64,000 nt of DNA from an uncultured Clostridia bacterium (GTDB taxonomy: Bacteria > Bacillota > Clostridia > Christensenellales > Borkfalkiaceae), in NCBI GenBank assembly GCA_944368775.1, contig CALVXB010000006.1, forward strand, positions 8,196 to 72,195, in the 5' to 3' direction. Both the position numbers and the translations under genes were made by a program. Of the stretch, positions 7,597 to 17,369 are shown one piece after another. Under the pieces are notes generated by a model. It searched no databases and was not told the origin of the DNA. It saw nothing but the letters and a program-made list of their open reading frames with translations. Every line of letters starts with the position of its first letter. The stretch's first letter is position 1.

Positions 7597-7610
7597 AAAA
7601 AAACTCCCTC

Positions 7611-8143
7611 ACAAAATTTCTTTTGAGCTGACAAAAGAAATTTTCGTGATTTTGAGGGCTCTGCCCTCTGCGGCGCGCTTTTTAAGGGCACGCCAAAGTA
7701 TGCGCGCCGCATTCACCCGCTGAGGCGCTCACGCGCAAATAGGGGTGCGCTAACGCAGAAGCGTGGTTCTGCTTGCGCGAATATTTTAATGAATTAATTG
7801 AAAAAGCGGAAATCGCAATTTTGCCTTTTTCCCCCAATTTGCCGTGAGGCTTTTGGGAAGAGGGTGAAGCCGCGCGATTTCTTAGAAGAGCGCTCTCAAA
7901 TATCGCGCGGCGAGGGAGAAAACGCTGCTGCGTATCATAAGGGCTCCCAAAAAGTAACTCGCCGCGTTGCGGCGAGAGCTATAGCCCGCCGAACTTTTTG
8001 GGAAGAGGAGGAGCCGCCGAGCACGCCGCGCGGGCAGCCGATGGATGCCCGCGGGCAGGCAAAGGCGAGCGACGACGAGCACAGCGGTGTCTCCCTTAAA
8101 TCGGAAGATTTCGCAGGCAGCAGCCTGCCGAGAAATCTCCGAG
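7611..8143. repeat. Mosaic nested-hairpin intergenic repeat locus L1
   Basis: Contains hairpin A (7613-7644), GAGGGCTCTGCCCTC (7654-7668), the GCGCGCCGCATTCACCCGCTGAGGCGC module, hairpin G (about 7799-7850), module D (7995-8079, + orientation) and palindrome F (8098-8143). All of these recur elsewhere in the window. Confidence 0.9.
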
Positions 8144-8186
8144 CCCTACATCCTATGGAAATTTTTCTCCATCGGTGCGATTTTTC

Positions 8187-8216
8187 TTTACTTTTACGGA
8201 AAAATTTTGCTATAAT
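8187..8216 (+). promoter_or_regulatory. Putative promoter of tRNA-Arg
   Basis: TTTACT (8187-8192), 18-nt spacer, then TGc-TATAAT (extended -10; TATAAT at 8211-8216). It lies about 40 nt upstream of the tRNA 5' end. Confidence 0.5.
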
Positions 8217-8254
8217 AGGGGTCACAGCAGGGGCAAGCGCCCCATATAGGCCAT

Positions 8255-8331
8255 GTGTCCGTAGCGCAATTGGATAGAGTGACAGCCTCCGACGCTGTAG
8301 GTTCCGGGTTCGATTCCCGGCGGGCACACCA
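8255..8331 (+). tRNA. tRNA-Arg (anticodon CCG), CCA encoded
   Basis: Hand-folded cloverleaf. Acceptor stem GTGTCCG/CGGGCAC (one G-U pair). Anticodon stem ACAGC/GCTGT with loop CTCCGAC (anticodon CCG). T arm CCGGG-TTCGATT-CCCGG. Discriminator A followed by CCA. Confidence 0.9.
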
Positions 8332-8335
8332 AAAA

Positions 8336-8369
8336 GGCGGGAGCAGGTTTTACCTGCCCTCGCCTTTTT
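8336..8369 (+). terminator. Intrinsic terminator after tRNA-Arg
   Basis: GGCGGGAGCAGGT-TTTA-ACCTGCCCTCGCC stem-loop followed by TTTTT. Confidence 0.75.
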
Positions 8370-8517
8370 GTGTGTGCCCGCCTTAGGAACGAACTGCGCG
8401 CGATGTTAGAGCGGGCGAGAATGTATAGGTTTGGCCGCGCGCAGTTCGTGCTCTGGCGCAACTTGCCGCGCCGAGCTCCGCCGCTTTTTTTAGCGGTTTC
8501 GGCGGTTTCCGCGGCGG

Positions 8518-9003
8518 CTCGTCGTCGCTCGCCGCCGTTAGCCCGCGGGCAGCCGTTGGCCGCCCGCGCGGCAGCTTGGCGGCGGCTCCTCCTTTTTTGT
8601 TCACAAAATTTCTTTTGAGCTGACAAAAGAAATTTTCGTGATTTGAGGGCTTTGCCCTCTGCGGCGCGCTTTTTGAGGGCACACTGTTAAAATGCGCGCC
8701 GCATTCACCCGCTGAGGCGCTTCACGCGCAAATAGGGGACGCTCCGTCAAAATTGCGATTTTGACTCGCGCGTTTATTTTTAATTAAATTTTTGCGCAAG
8801 CAAAGTCGCGCCTTTGCGCCAGCGCCCTCAATTTGCCGTTAGGCTTAAGGGGGAAAGGTGAAGCCGCCGCGCGCTATTAAAGGTGTGCACTTAAACGCGC
8901 GGCGGCGAGGAAAACCCCGCGGATAGCGCTTGCGCGTGCCCGCGGGGTTTTCTTCAAAATCGGAAGAATTTGTTTTAACAGCTTAAAACAAATTCTCCGA
9001 GCT
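8518..9003. repeat. Mosaic nested-hairpin intergenic repeat locus L2
   Basis: Module D in reverse orientation (8518-8598). Hairpin A (8605-8636) plus the B/C modules, almost identical to 7611-7745. The TTGACTCGCGCG module is present. A palindrome F variant lies at 8956-9001. The segment 8905-9001 is the reverse complement of 55938-56035. Confidence 0.9.
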
Positions 9004-9012
9004 ATTTCCGAG

Positions 9013-10110
9013 CTATCTTGTATGTGTAGCACTCTCCAACGTATACACGATCTGCGCGCTTGTGCCGGAAAAGCCGAAGGCCTGGCGCACCTCGAGGGGG
9101 AGCGCATAGTAGAGGTTGCCCTGCGCGTTGCCGTCCGCGTCCGCCTGGTCGGGCAGCGCGTACACCGCCGTCTGCATGGGGCCGCTGTTGGTGCCGCCGT
9201 CGGCGAGCCGCGCCGAAACGACCACCGATTCGATCGCCTCGTCTTCGACCGCTTCGCCGTCCAGCGTAAAGCTCTTTTCGCCCGCGGCCGAATAGCTGCC
9301 CGCCGTTCCGCGCAGCGACACGGCGCGCGCGCTGCCGCCGCCGACGACGGTCAGCGGCGTGGCGGCCTCGCTCGCATAGGTGATGCCCCGCCCCGCAAAC
9401 AGCAGGTACGCCTCGTCGATGCCGGTATAGCGGCTCTGGATGCCGCTCACGGAGAGCTCCTCGGGCAGCATCCCCTCGGCAAAGACGGAAACCTTGTGCG
9501 TATCGTCGTTGATCGCGCTCTCTGCCTCGGTCAGGCCGGCGAAGCCGTCGGTGTACGTCGCCGTCGCGCGGCTGCCGCCGTCCGTATATTTTACGGTATA
9601 GCCGTAGCTGTACACCTCGACGGCGCGGCTGTTCTGCGCGACGGGCGTGTACGAATAGATGGTCGAAGAGCTCTCGAGCGGCTCGAGGTTGCCCTCGTGG
9701 GGGGAGGAAAAGAGCGCGGTGCGCTCGATGCGGCCGGGCGCGTTGCCGCTCTCCCCGCCGAAGGCGACCACTTCGCTCTCCTGCCCGTCTTCGCCGAGGT
9801 AGATGTAGCTGCCCGCGAGGGTGAGCGTGCTGGTCAGGCGGTACAGCTGGTAGTGGCCGTCCTGCGCGGGCACCGCCTCGACGGTCACGGTAAAGGCGCT
9901 GCCCTCGCCCGGCTGGAAAACGACGCCTCCGGCAAACGATTCTCCCCGTTCAAAGGAGACGCTGTATTCCGTCTTTTCATAAAAATTGCGGTCGTAGACG
10001 GAGGGGTTTTGCTGCCAATCGGCGGAAAAGGGCGTCACCGTCTGCACGGAGCAGCCGGCAAAGAGCAGCAGCCCGGCGGCGAGCGCCGCGGCGCAGATTT
10101 TTCGTTTCAT
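9013..10110 (-). CDS. Putative lipoprotein, function unknown
   Basis: Start taken at the internal ATG at 10110: MKRKICAAALAAGLLLFAGC has a signal peptide with an LFAGC lipobox. The rest is Ser/Thr/Gly/Tyr-rich and looks like beta-strand sequence. Confidence 0.6.
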   Translation of the reverse strand: MKRKICAAALAAGLLLFAGCSVQTVTPFSADWQQNPSVYDRNFYEKTEYSVSFERGESFAGGVVFQPGEGSAFTVTVEAVPAQDGHYQLYRLTSTLTLAGSYIYLGEDGQESEVVAFGGESGNAPGRIERTALFSSPHEGNLEPLESSSTIYSYTPVAQNSRAVEVYSYGYTVKYTDGGSRATATYTDGFAGLTEAESAINDDTHKVSVFAEGMLPEELSVSGIQSRYTGIDEAYLLFAGRGITYASEAATPLTVVGGGSARAVSLRGTAGSYSAAGEKSFTLDGEAVEDEAIESVVVSARLADGGTNSGPMQTAVYALPDQADADGNAQGNLYYALPLEVRQAFGFSGTSAQIVYTLESATHTR

Positions 10111-10351
10111 TGTCGTCAAAAATGGTTCCTTATGCGTTATTGGCATGCGAGAGGAGGCGCTGCGGGCGCAGCAGACCCCTTCGCTATCCAACAGTATAGC
10201 ACAATTTGCGCCGTTTGTACAGATAAAATGCGTGAAAATCACTTAAAAAAATGCCGCAACTATGCTATACTTGAAGGGCAGCGGCCGCCCGCGCGCGGGC
10301 TGCCGCACGCAAGAGACGCCCGCCCTTTTCGGGGCGGGGAAAGGGGAAGAT

Positions 10352-13300
10352 ATGCAAGTTACCGTCTATACCGCGCCCGATACGGACGCGCTGCTCGCCT
10401 TTTTGCGCGCGCTGCCGCGCGAGCAGAGGGCGCTCATCTTTTGCGAGGACCGCCTCACGCTCGAGGCGGAGCGCGCCGTGTGCGCGGGCGGGGCCGCCTT
10501 CGACGTGTCCGTGACCTCCTTCGCCCGCTTTTTGGGGGATAAAGGGGGCAGGCAGGTGCTCTCCAGGCAGGGCTCGGCGATGGCGGTGGGGGAGCTCGCC
10601 GCCAAAAACGCCGACAATCTGCGCTGCTTCGGCAAAAACCCCGCAGGCTGCGCCGTGCGGCTGTACGAGACCATCGCCCAGCTGCGCGCGGCGCGCGTCA
10701 CCCCCGAACTGCTCGAAGGGGCGCGCGCGCAGGCCGAGCCGCTGCTCGCCGAAAAGCTCGCCGACATCGCCCTCGTCTACCGCGCCTACCTCGCCTTTTT
10801 GGAGGGGGGCGGCTACCTCGACGAGAGCGGCGTGCTCGCGCTGCTGCCCGCCGCGCTCGAGCGGGCGGGCATCGCCGATACCGACGTGTACTTCGTCGGC
10901 TTTTCCTCTTTCACGAGCCAGGCGGCGGAGGGCATCGCCTACGCCTGCCGCGCCGCGCGGTCGGTGACGGGCGTGTTTATCGGGGGGAAGGAGGCGCTGT
11001 ACACCAACGAGGGCGCTGCCGCCTTCCGCAAATACTGTGCGCGTGCCGGCGCGGCCTTTGCCGAGCGGGCGCTCCCCGCCGGCCTGCGCGAAGAAGCGGA
11101 GCTGCTGCGCCGCGGGCTGTTCGACCCCCTCCAGCCCCCGCCCGTGCAGACGGACCGGGTGCGGCTGTACGAGGCGGCCGACCGCGACGACGAATTTTCG
11201 TTCATCGCCGCGATGATCCGCGCCGAGGTGCAGCGCGGGGCGCGCTACGGCGACGTCGCCCTCTTTTTGCCGGACGTCGCCGCCTGCGCCCTGCCCCTCG
11301 AACGCGCTTTCACCGAATATAACATCCCGTACTATGCCGAGGTCGAGCGCACCGCCGCCGAGCACCCGGTCGCCGCCTTCGTGCTCGGCTGGTTTTCGCT
11401 GCTGTCCGAGGGGTTTGCCCCCGCCGACGTCGACGCCTTTGTCGGCAGCCCCTTTTTCAGCGAGGACCGCCGCTCGTGCGAGCTGTACCGCAACTACCTC
11501 GCCAAGTACGCCAACTACCGCGGCGGGGCGCGCCGCCCCCTCAAAGATGCCGCGCCCTCCCCCCTCGTGCTCGGCGCTTTGCGCGATAAGTTGCTCTCCG
11601 CCTTCGAGGGCGCGTCCGCCTCCATGACGGGCGGGCAGTACTGCCGCCTCGTGCGCCGCCTGTTCGAGCTCTTCGGCTGCCGCGCGCGCGAGGAACAGCT
11701 CGCCGCCGACCTCGAACGGGCGGGCATGCGCGCGGAGAGCGCCTTCTTTTCCCGCGGCACCGAGAGCATCCTGCGCGTGCTGGACGAGGCGGAGGGGCTG
11801 GCGGGGGAGAGCAAGTGGCGGGCGGAGGAGTTCGCCGCCGTGCTCGGCGAGGGGTTCAAGGGGCTGCGCCTCTCCCTCATCCCGCAGTATTTAGACGCCG
11901 TGTTCGTCGGCGACGTCTCGCAGAGCCGCCGCCCGTCCGCCAAGGTCGTGTTCGCCGCGGGGCTGACGGACGCCGTGCCCGCGGGCGGGGCGGACACCGC
12001 GCTGATCACCGACCGCGACATCGACCGCCTGCGCGCCCTCGCGGTGGAGATCAGCCCCAAGATCCGCGAGGTCAACGCGCGCGTGCGCGAAAACGTCGCG
12101 CTGGCCGTCTGCTCCTTTGCCGAGCGGCTGTACCTCTCCTACCCGCGCAGCGCGGGCGGGGAGGAGTGCCGCCCGAGCGCCGTCATCGACACGGCGCGCG
12201 CCCTCTTCCGCAGCGAAGGCGGCGCCGCCCTGCCCATGCTCTCTCGCGCCGCGTTCGAGGGGGCGGAAAAGCGCGCGCCCGCGGCCTACCGCGCCTATCT
12301 CGCCGCCGTCGCCAGCGCCCCGCTGCCCGCCGCGCGCGAGCTGTACACCCGCGCCGACGCCTTCCGCCGCGGCCGCGCCGATTTTGCCGCGCACACCGGG
12401 CTGTACGCCGTGCTCGCCGAGCGGGGAGAGGCGCCCGCCCTGCTCTTCGACCCGCCCGCCCGCACAGACTTTCTGCCCGCCGCCGCGCAGGCGGTGCTGC
12501 GCGGCAAAACGACCGTCTCGCCCACCCTCATCGAGGGGTATTTCACCTGCCCCTACCGTAACTTTGCCGAGCGCGGCCTCGCCCTCGCCGAGCGGGAGGA
12601 GCGCAGCGTGCTCTCCCTCGATACGGGCAACTTCGTTCATGAATTGCTGCGCCGCCTCGCCGGGCAAGTTTCTTCCCTCGCGGACGAGCCCGCCTGCCGC
12701 GCCTATCTGGAGGGAGAATGTGCGCGCATGCTGGCCGAGCCGCCCTTCTGCTACCTCTCCGACACGGGCGAGGGGGGCTACGCTTCGCGCGCGCTCGCCG
12801 CGGAGGGAGTGCGGGCGGGGCTGCACGTCTTCGAGCAGCTGCGCGGCTCTTCCTTCACCGTCGCCGCCGCCGAGCAGAGCTTCGGCTACCCCTCCTCGCC
12901 CATGCGCGGCGTGCCGCTGCGCGCGGGCGGGCAGACGTATACCCTCGCGGGGAAGATCGACCGCGTCGACCGCAGCGACGGGTATGTGCGCGTCGTCGAT
13001 TACAAGACGGGCAAGATCGACACGGACGCCGAGGGGTACTACACCGGGCGCAAGCTGCAGCTCGAACTGTACCTCGCGGCGGCGTCTGCGGGGCGCGAAC
13101 CTGCGGGCGCCTACTACTTCCCCGCGGGCGGCGCGTTCTGCGATAAAGGGGAGGAGCCCTACTGTATGCAGGGCTACACCCGCGGCGACGACGAGGTCAT
13201 CCGCCGCAGCGACAGCGCCGTCAAGGAGGGGGAAAAGAGCCGCTTCATCGGCGTCTACCGCGGCGGCAGAGCCACCAAAGAGCGGCTCGCGCCCGAGGTG

Positions 13301-13516
13301 TTCGGGCCCTTCCTGCAATACGCGGCGCTGGTCGCGGAACGGGGCGTCGGCGAGACGGCGGAGGGCTGCATCGCCCCCTCGCCGTACAAGGATGCGTGTA
13401 AATACTGCCCCTACGGCGCGCTGTGCGGGTACGACCCCGGCGACGGCGCGCGCGAAGAAAAGGGCGTCAAGGCAGAAGACATCGCCGCCATCGTGCGGAG
13501 GAGGAAAGGAGAATGA
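10352..13516 (+). CDS. addB: ATP-dependent helicase/deoxyribonuclease subunit B (AddB)
   Basis: Start at ATG 10352 (MQVTVYTAPD). Position and size fit AddB. C-terminal RecB-type nuclease motif VVDYKTGK. A Cys cluster (CPYRNF ... CKYCPYGALC) fits the AddB Fe-S domain. The stop overlaps the addA start (ATGA). Confidence 0.88.
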   Translation: MQVTVYTAPDTDALLAFLRALPREQRALIFCEDRLTLEAERAVCAGGAAFDVSVTSFARFLGDKGGRQVLSRQGSAMAVGELAAKNADNLRCFGKNPAGCAVRLYETIAQLRAARVTPELLEGARAQAEPLLAEKLADIALVYRAYLAFLEGGGYLDESGVLALLPAALERAGIADTDVYFVGFSSFTSQAAEGIAYACRAARSVTGVFIGGKEALYTNEGAAAFRKYCARAGAAFAERALPAGLREEAELLRRGLFDPLQPPPVQTDRVRLYEAADRDDEFSFIAAMIRAEVQRGARYGDVALFLPDVAACALPLERAFTEYNIPYYAEVERTAAEHPVAAFVLGWFSLLSEGFAPADVDAFVGSPFFSEDRRSCELYRNYLAKYANYRGGARRPLKDAAPSPLVLGALRDKLLSAFEGASASMTGGQYCRLVRRLFELFGCRAREEQLAADLERAGMRAESAFFSRGTESILRVLDEAEGLAGESKWRAEEFAAVLGEGFKGLRLSLIPQYLDAVFVGDVSQSRRPSAKVVFAAGLTDAVPAGGADTALITDRDIDRLRALAVEISPKIREVNARVRENVALAVCSFAERLYLSYPRSAGGEECRPSAVIDTARALFRSEGGAALPMLSRAAFEGAEKRAPAAYRAYLAAVASAPLPAARELYTRADAFRRGRADFAAHTGLYAVLAERGEAPALLFDPPARTDFLPAAAQAVLRGKTTVSPTLIEGYFTCPYRNFAERGLALAEREERSVLSLDTGNFVHELLRRLAGQVSSLADEPACRAYLEGECARMLAEPPFCYLSDTGEGGYASRALAAEGVRAGLHVFEQLRGSSFTVAAAEQSFGYPSSPMRGVPLRAGGQTYTLAGKIDRVDRSDGYVRVVDYKTGKIDTDAEGYYTGRKLQLELYLAAASAGREPAGAYYFPAGGAFCDKGEEPYCMQGYTRGDDEVIRRSDSAVKEGEKSRFIGVYRGGRATKERLAPEVFGPFLQYAALVAERGVGETAEGCIAPSPYKDACKYCPYGALCGYDPGDGAREEKGVKAEDIAAIVRRRKGE

Positions 13517-16500
13517 GCGATCGCACACCCACGCCCGAACAACAGGCCGCCATCGACGCCGCCGGCGAGGTGCTCGTGTCCGCGTCGGCGGGCAGCGGCA
13601 AGACCTTTGTCATGGTCGAAAAGATGATCTCCCTCATTTTAGAGCAGAAGGCAGAGGTGTCCTCCGTGCTGGCGGTCACCTTCACCAAGCTCGCCGCGGG
13701 GGAGATGAAGGAGCGGCTGCGCGCCGCGCTCACCGCCCGCATCCGCGTCGAAACGGACCAAGCCGCCCGCGCGCGGCTCAAAGAGCAGCTCTCCGACATC
13801 CCCTCCGCCGACATCTGCACCCTGCACGCCTTCTGCACCAACGTCATCCGCCGCTACTTCTACGAGGGCGGGCTTGACGGCAACTTCCGCGTGCTCGACG
13901 AAACGGAGGCCGCCAAGCTGCGCGCCCGCGCGGCGGAGGCCGCGCTCGAAAAGCTCGCATCCTCCCCCTCGCCCGCCTTTTCCGCCGCCTGCGCCGCCTT
14001 TGCGGGCAGCCGGGGCTTCGGCGGCCTGCAAAAGGAGGTGCTGCGCCTGTACGAAAAGGTCGTCTCCCGCGCCGACCACCGAGAGTTTCTCGAGGGCATG
14101 GCCGCCCGCTGCGGCGAGGAGGGCTTTGCAGACGCCGCCGCGCAGATGCTGGAGGTGTGGAAGGGCGACGCCGCGCGCCTGCTCGCCCGCTGCGGCGCGC
14201 TTGCGGCGGCGTGGGGCCTCGCGGCGGAAGGCGCGCCCGCGGCACACGGCGCGCCCGCAGAGGGGAGCGCGGTAAAAGGGAGCGCGCTTGCCGGAGACGG
14301 CGGGCTGACCGAAAAGGAGCGCGCCCAAAGCGCCGCCTTCGTTTTCGGCTGCCGCGCCATGGCGGAGGCGGCGCTGTCGGCGGCGGAGCTGTTCGCCGCG
14401 GCGGAGGGGGTGCGCGCCTGCAAGTTGCCCCGCCGCCCCTCGCTGGGCAAAAAGGGAGAGCAGAGCGCGGCGCAGGCCGCGGCCGAAGGGCAGCTCGCCT
14501 CCCTGCGCGAGGCGGCCGCCGCCCTCGCAGGCCGCGCCAAGGCGCTCGGCGCGCGCGCGGAGGAGCGCGCGGCCTTTCTGTCGGCGGGGCAGGTGGCGGC
14601 GGGGCTGGCCGAGGCGGTGCTCGCTTTCGACGGCGAGTACGCCGCCCTCAAGCGCCGCGCGGGCGGGCTCGACTTTTCCGACCTCGAGCACAAGTGCCTC
14701 GACCTGCTGCGCATCCCGCGCGTGGGCGCGGAGGTGCGCGCCCGCTACACGCACGTCTTCGTCGACGAGTATCAAGACGTCAACCCCGCGCAGGAGAGCA
14801 TCCTCTCCCTCGTCGCGGGCGAAAACGTGTTCATGGTCGGGGACGCCAAGCAGTCCATCTACGGTTTCCGCGGCTGCAGCCCCGCCTTCTTCACCCAAAA
14901 ATACGACCGCCTGTGCGGGCAGGGCAGGGCGCTCACCCTCAACGGCAACTTCCGCAGCGCCTCCGCCGTGCTCGACTTCGTCAACATCCTCTTTTCGCGG
15001 GTGATGACGCGCGAATCGTTCGCCCTCGACTACGCCGCCACCTCGTGCATGGAGGCGGGCGCCCAAGCGCAAAAGGGCGGGCGGGTGCACATCTCCTTGG
15101 TGCCGGAGGAAGAAGAAGGGGAGCGCGCCGAACGGGGCGTCTACTCCGTCAAAGAAAACCTCGGCCCCGCCGAGGACGAGGAGTATGCCGAGGGCGCCCT
15201 CATCGCCGACATCATCCTGCAAGAAGCCGGCCGCACCCGCCTCGACCCCGCCACCGGCAAACAGGTGCCCACCCGCTTTGGCGACATCGTCATCCTCTCC
15301 CGCTCGCTCACCGCCCGCGCGGCGCGCATCGTCGCCGAGCTGGTGCGCCGCGGCATCCCCGTCGCCGCCGCCGCCGAGGTCAACATCTGCGACTATCCCG
15401 AGGTCAAAACGCTCGTCGCGCTGCTGCAATTTCTCGACAACGGCGCGCAGGATATCCCCCTCGCCGCCGCCCTCAAAAGCGCTTTGGGCGGGCTGACGGA
15501 CGGGGAGCTCGCCGCCATCCGCCTCGCGGGCAGGCGGCCGGAGGGCAAAGACGAGCCCTTTTACCTCGCCTGCGAGCGCTGCGCCGAGGGGCAGGACGCG
15601 CTCGCCCAAAAGCTCAAAACCTTTTTCGCCCGCGCCGGATCGCTGCGCCTGCGTATGCAGGTGCGGGGCGCGGCAGACGTCCTCGCCGCCATCCTTGCAG
15701 AAACGGGCATGGAGGCGCAGCTGCTCGCCCTGCCCTGCGGCACCGAGCGCATGCGCCGCGTCCGCCGCCTCATCGAGGCGTGCGGCACGCTGTCCGTTCC
15801 CGCCTTTTTAGACCGGCTCAAAAACGACGGCCGCATCGGCTGTTCGGAGAGCGGCGGCGAAGACGCCGTCCGCCTGATGACCATGCACGCCTCCAAGGGG
15901 CTCGAGTTCCCCGTCGTCATCGTCGCGGGCATGAGCGCCCCCTTCAACAACAAGGAGTCTGCGGGCGTGTACTACGACGACGAATGGGGCTTCGTTCCGC
16001 AGGCATATAACTTCGAGGCGCGCACCCGGTCGGACACGCTGCTGCGCCGCCTCGTGCACGGCAGGCAGCGCCGCCGCCGCGCCGCCGACGAGCTGCGCCT
16101 CTTCTACGTCGCCCTCACCCGCGCCAAGAGCGTGCTGCACCTCGTGTTCGAAAAGCAGAGGCCCTTCGACGCCGACCGCGCGGCGGAGGCGGGCTGCATG
16201 GCAGACTTCGTCGACTTTGCCGCCTTCGAGGGCTTCGACAAAGCGCAGGCCGCAGCCTGCGGGCAGGATGCGCGCGGCGCGCAAGACGCCCTGTACGCGC
16301 CCGTGTTCGGCGGGGCGGTGCTGCCGCCCGTTTCCCGCGTGCTCACGGCGGGCCCGGTCGACGAGGCCGCGGCGCAGGCGGTGCGCGCCGTGTACCGCGC
16401 GCCCTATCCGCACGCCGCCGCCCTCGGTCTGCCCGTCAAAACCTCCCCCTCGCAGCTGTTGCGCGAGCGCGCGGGCGAAGTTGCCCCCGCCGAGGAGACG

Positions 16501-17019
16501 GACGCCGCCGCGCGGCAGGCGGAGGAGTGCTACGCCTCGCACGCCGACGCCGCCACCGGCACCGCCTACCACGCCTTTTTGGAATTGGCCGACTTCTCCG
16601 CCCCGCCCGAAGCCGAAATTGCCCGCGTGTGCGCCCTGCTGCCGAAAGAGCAGGCCGCCCTGCTCGGGCGGGAGCGGCTGAAAGACATCTTAAAGATGCC
16701 CATCTTCGCGGAGATCGGCGGCTTTTCGCTGCGGCGCGAGCAGCCCTTTTTGGTCGGGCTGCCCGCAAGCAAGCTGTACGAGGGCGCGTCGGAGGATACC
16801 GTGCTCGTGCAGGGGGTCATCGACCTGCTCGCCGTGCGCGGCGACGAGGCGGTCGTCGTCGACTACAAGTACTCGCACCTCTCCGCCGAGGCGCTGCGCG
16901 CGCACTACGCCCCTCAGATGGAGGTGTACGTCGCGGCGGCGGCGCAGTGGCCGGGGGTGCGCACCGTGCGCGCCTGCCTCGTCAACATCCTGTGCGGCTA
17001 CTGCGTGCAGGTGCGCTGA
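13513..17019 (+). CDS. addA: ATP-dependent helicase/nuclease subunit A (AddA)
   Basis: Start at ATG 13513 (MSDRTPTPEQQAAIDAAGEVLVSASAGSGKTFVMVEKM; Walker A GSGKT). UvrD/Rep-type motifs are present (VDEYQDVNPAQ, MTMHASKGLEFPVV). C-terminal nuclease motif VVDYKYS. Confidence 0.92.
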   Translation: MSDRTPTPEQQAAIDAAGEVLVSASAGSGKTFVMVEKMISLILEQKAEVSSVLAVTFTKLAAGEMKERLRAALTARIRVETDQAARARLKEQLSDIPSADICTLHAFCTNVIRRYFYEGGLDGNFRVLDETEAAKLRARAAEAALEKLASSPSPAFSAACAAFAGSRGFGGLQKEVLRLYEKVVSRADHREFLEGMAARCGEEGFADAAAQMLEVWKGDAARLLARCGALAAAWGLAAEGAPAAHGAPAEGSAVKGSALAGDGGLTEKERAQSAAFVFGCRAMAEAALSAAELFAAAEGVRACKLPRRPSLGKKGEQSAAQAAAEGQLASLREAAAALAGRAKALGARAEERAAFLSAGQVAAGLAEAVLAFDGEYAALKRRAGGLDFSDLEHKCLDLLRIPRVGAEVRARYTHVFVDEYQDVNPAQESILSLVAGENVFMVGDAKQSIYGFRGCSPAFFTQKYDRLCGQGRALTLNGNFRSASAVLDFVNILFSRVMTRESFALDYAATSCMEAGAQAQKGGRVHISLVPEEEEGERAERGVYSVKENLGPAEDEEYAEGALIADIILQEAGRTRLDPATGKQVPTRFGDIVILSRSLTARAARIVAELVRRGIPVAAAAEVNICDYPEVKTLVALLQFLDNGAQDIPLAAALKSALGGLTDGELAAIRLAGRRPEGKDEPFYLACERCAEGQDALAQKLKTFFARAGSLRLRMQVRGAADVLAAILAETGMEAQLLALPCGTERMRRVRRLIEACGTLSVPAFLDRLKNDGRIGCSESGGEDAVRLMTMHASKGLEFPVVIVAGMSAPFNNKESAGVYYDDEWGFVPQAYNFEARTRSDTLLRRLVHGRQRRRRAADELRLFYVALTRAKSVLHLVFEKQRPFDADRAAEAGCMADFVDFAAFEGFDKAQAAACGQDARGAQDALYAPVFGGAVLPPVSRVLTAGPVDEAAAQAVRAVYRAPYPHAAALGLPVKTSPSQLLRERAGEVAPAEETDAAARQAEECYASHADAATGTAYHAFLELADFSAPPEAEIARVCALLPKEQAALLGRERLKDILKMPIFAEIGGFSLRREQPFLVGLPASKLYEGASEDTVLVQGVIDLLAVRGDEAVVVDYKYSHLSAEALRAHYAPQMEVYVAAAAQWPGVRTVRACLVNILCGYCVQVR

Positions 17020-17048
17020 TCTTTGAATTTGAAACAGAAGAAGAAAGG

Positions 17049-17090
17049 GGAGGCCGCGCCTTGCGCGGCCTCCTTTGCGCGCTTTTTGCG
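17049..17090 (+). terminator. Intrinsic terminator after addA
   Basis: GGAGGCCGCG-loop-CGCGGCCTCC 10-bp stem followed by TTTGCGCGCTTTTT. Confidence 0.7.
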
Positions 17091-17369
17091 CGTTCCCCTC
17101 TCTGCGGGCGGCCCGCCTTGCCGCCCTCGCCCGATGCGCGCGTTCTTGCCCGCCGCGCGGGGGAAGAACGGACGGGCTCGCCCCCTCTCCGTCCGCCTCG
17201 CCGTCTTGGTTGCGCGGGGAGAGGGGAGGGGCGGGGCGTCGGCGGCGGGCGTTTTCGCCCGCCGCCGACGCAAACGGACAATTCTTCCCCTTTTTCGAGG
17301 CGGGCGGCGGGCTATACTTTTTGGCAAAGGCGGGCGCGCCGCCCGCCCTTCCCTTTGCGGAGGCCGCAT

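Noticed and set aside
7798-8277. A possible 'protein family' suggested by recurring peptides (FWEEEEPPSTP, KASDDE, SEDFAGSSLPRNL) in ORFs at 7798-8277, 40776-41027, 42721-43062, 55926-56372 and 56651-...
   Set aside because: The recurrence comes from translating the DNA repeat modules, which occur in both orientations and different frames. The ORFs lack RBSs, and the palindromic hairpins run through them.
11891-16010. Multiple 500-650-aa ORFs in alternative frames and strands across addB/addA (11891-13528 -, 12117-13877 +, 13639-15609 -, 14157-16010 +)
   Set aside because: They are Arg/Pro/Ala/Gly-rich nonsense translations. Only the AddB and AddA frames carry helicase and nuclease motifs and coupled start/stop codons.
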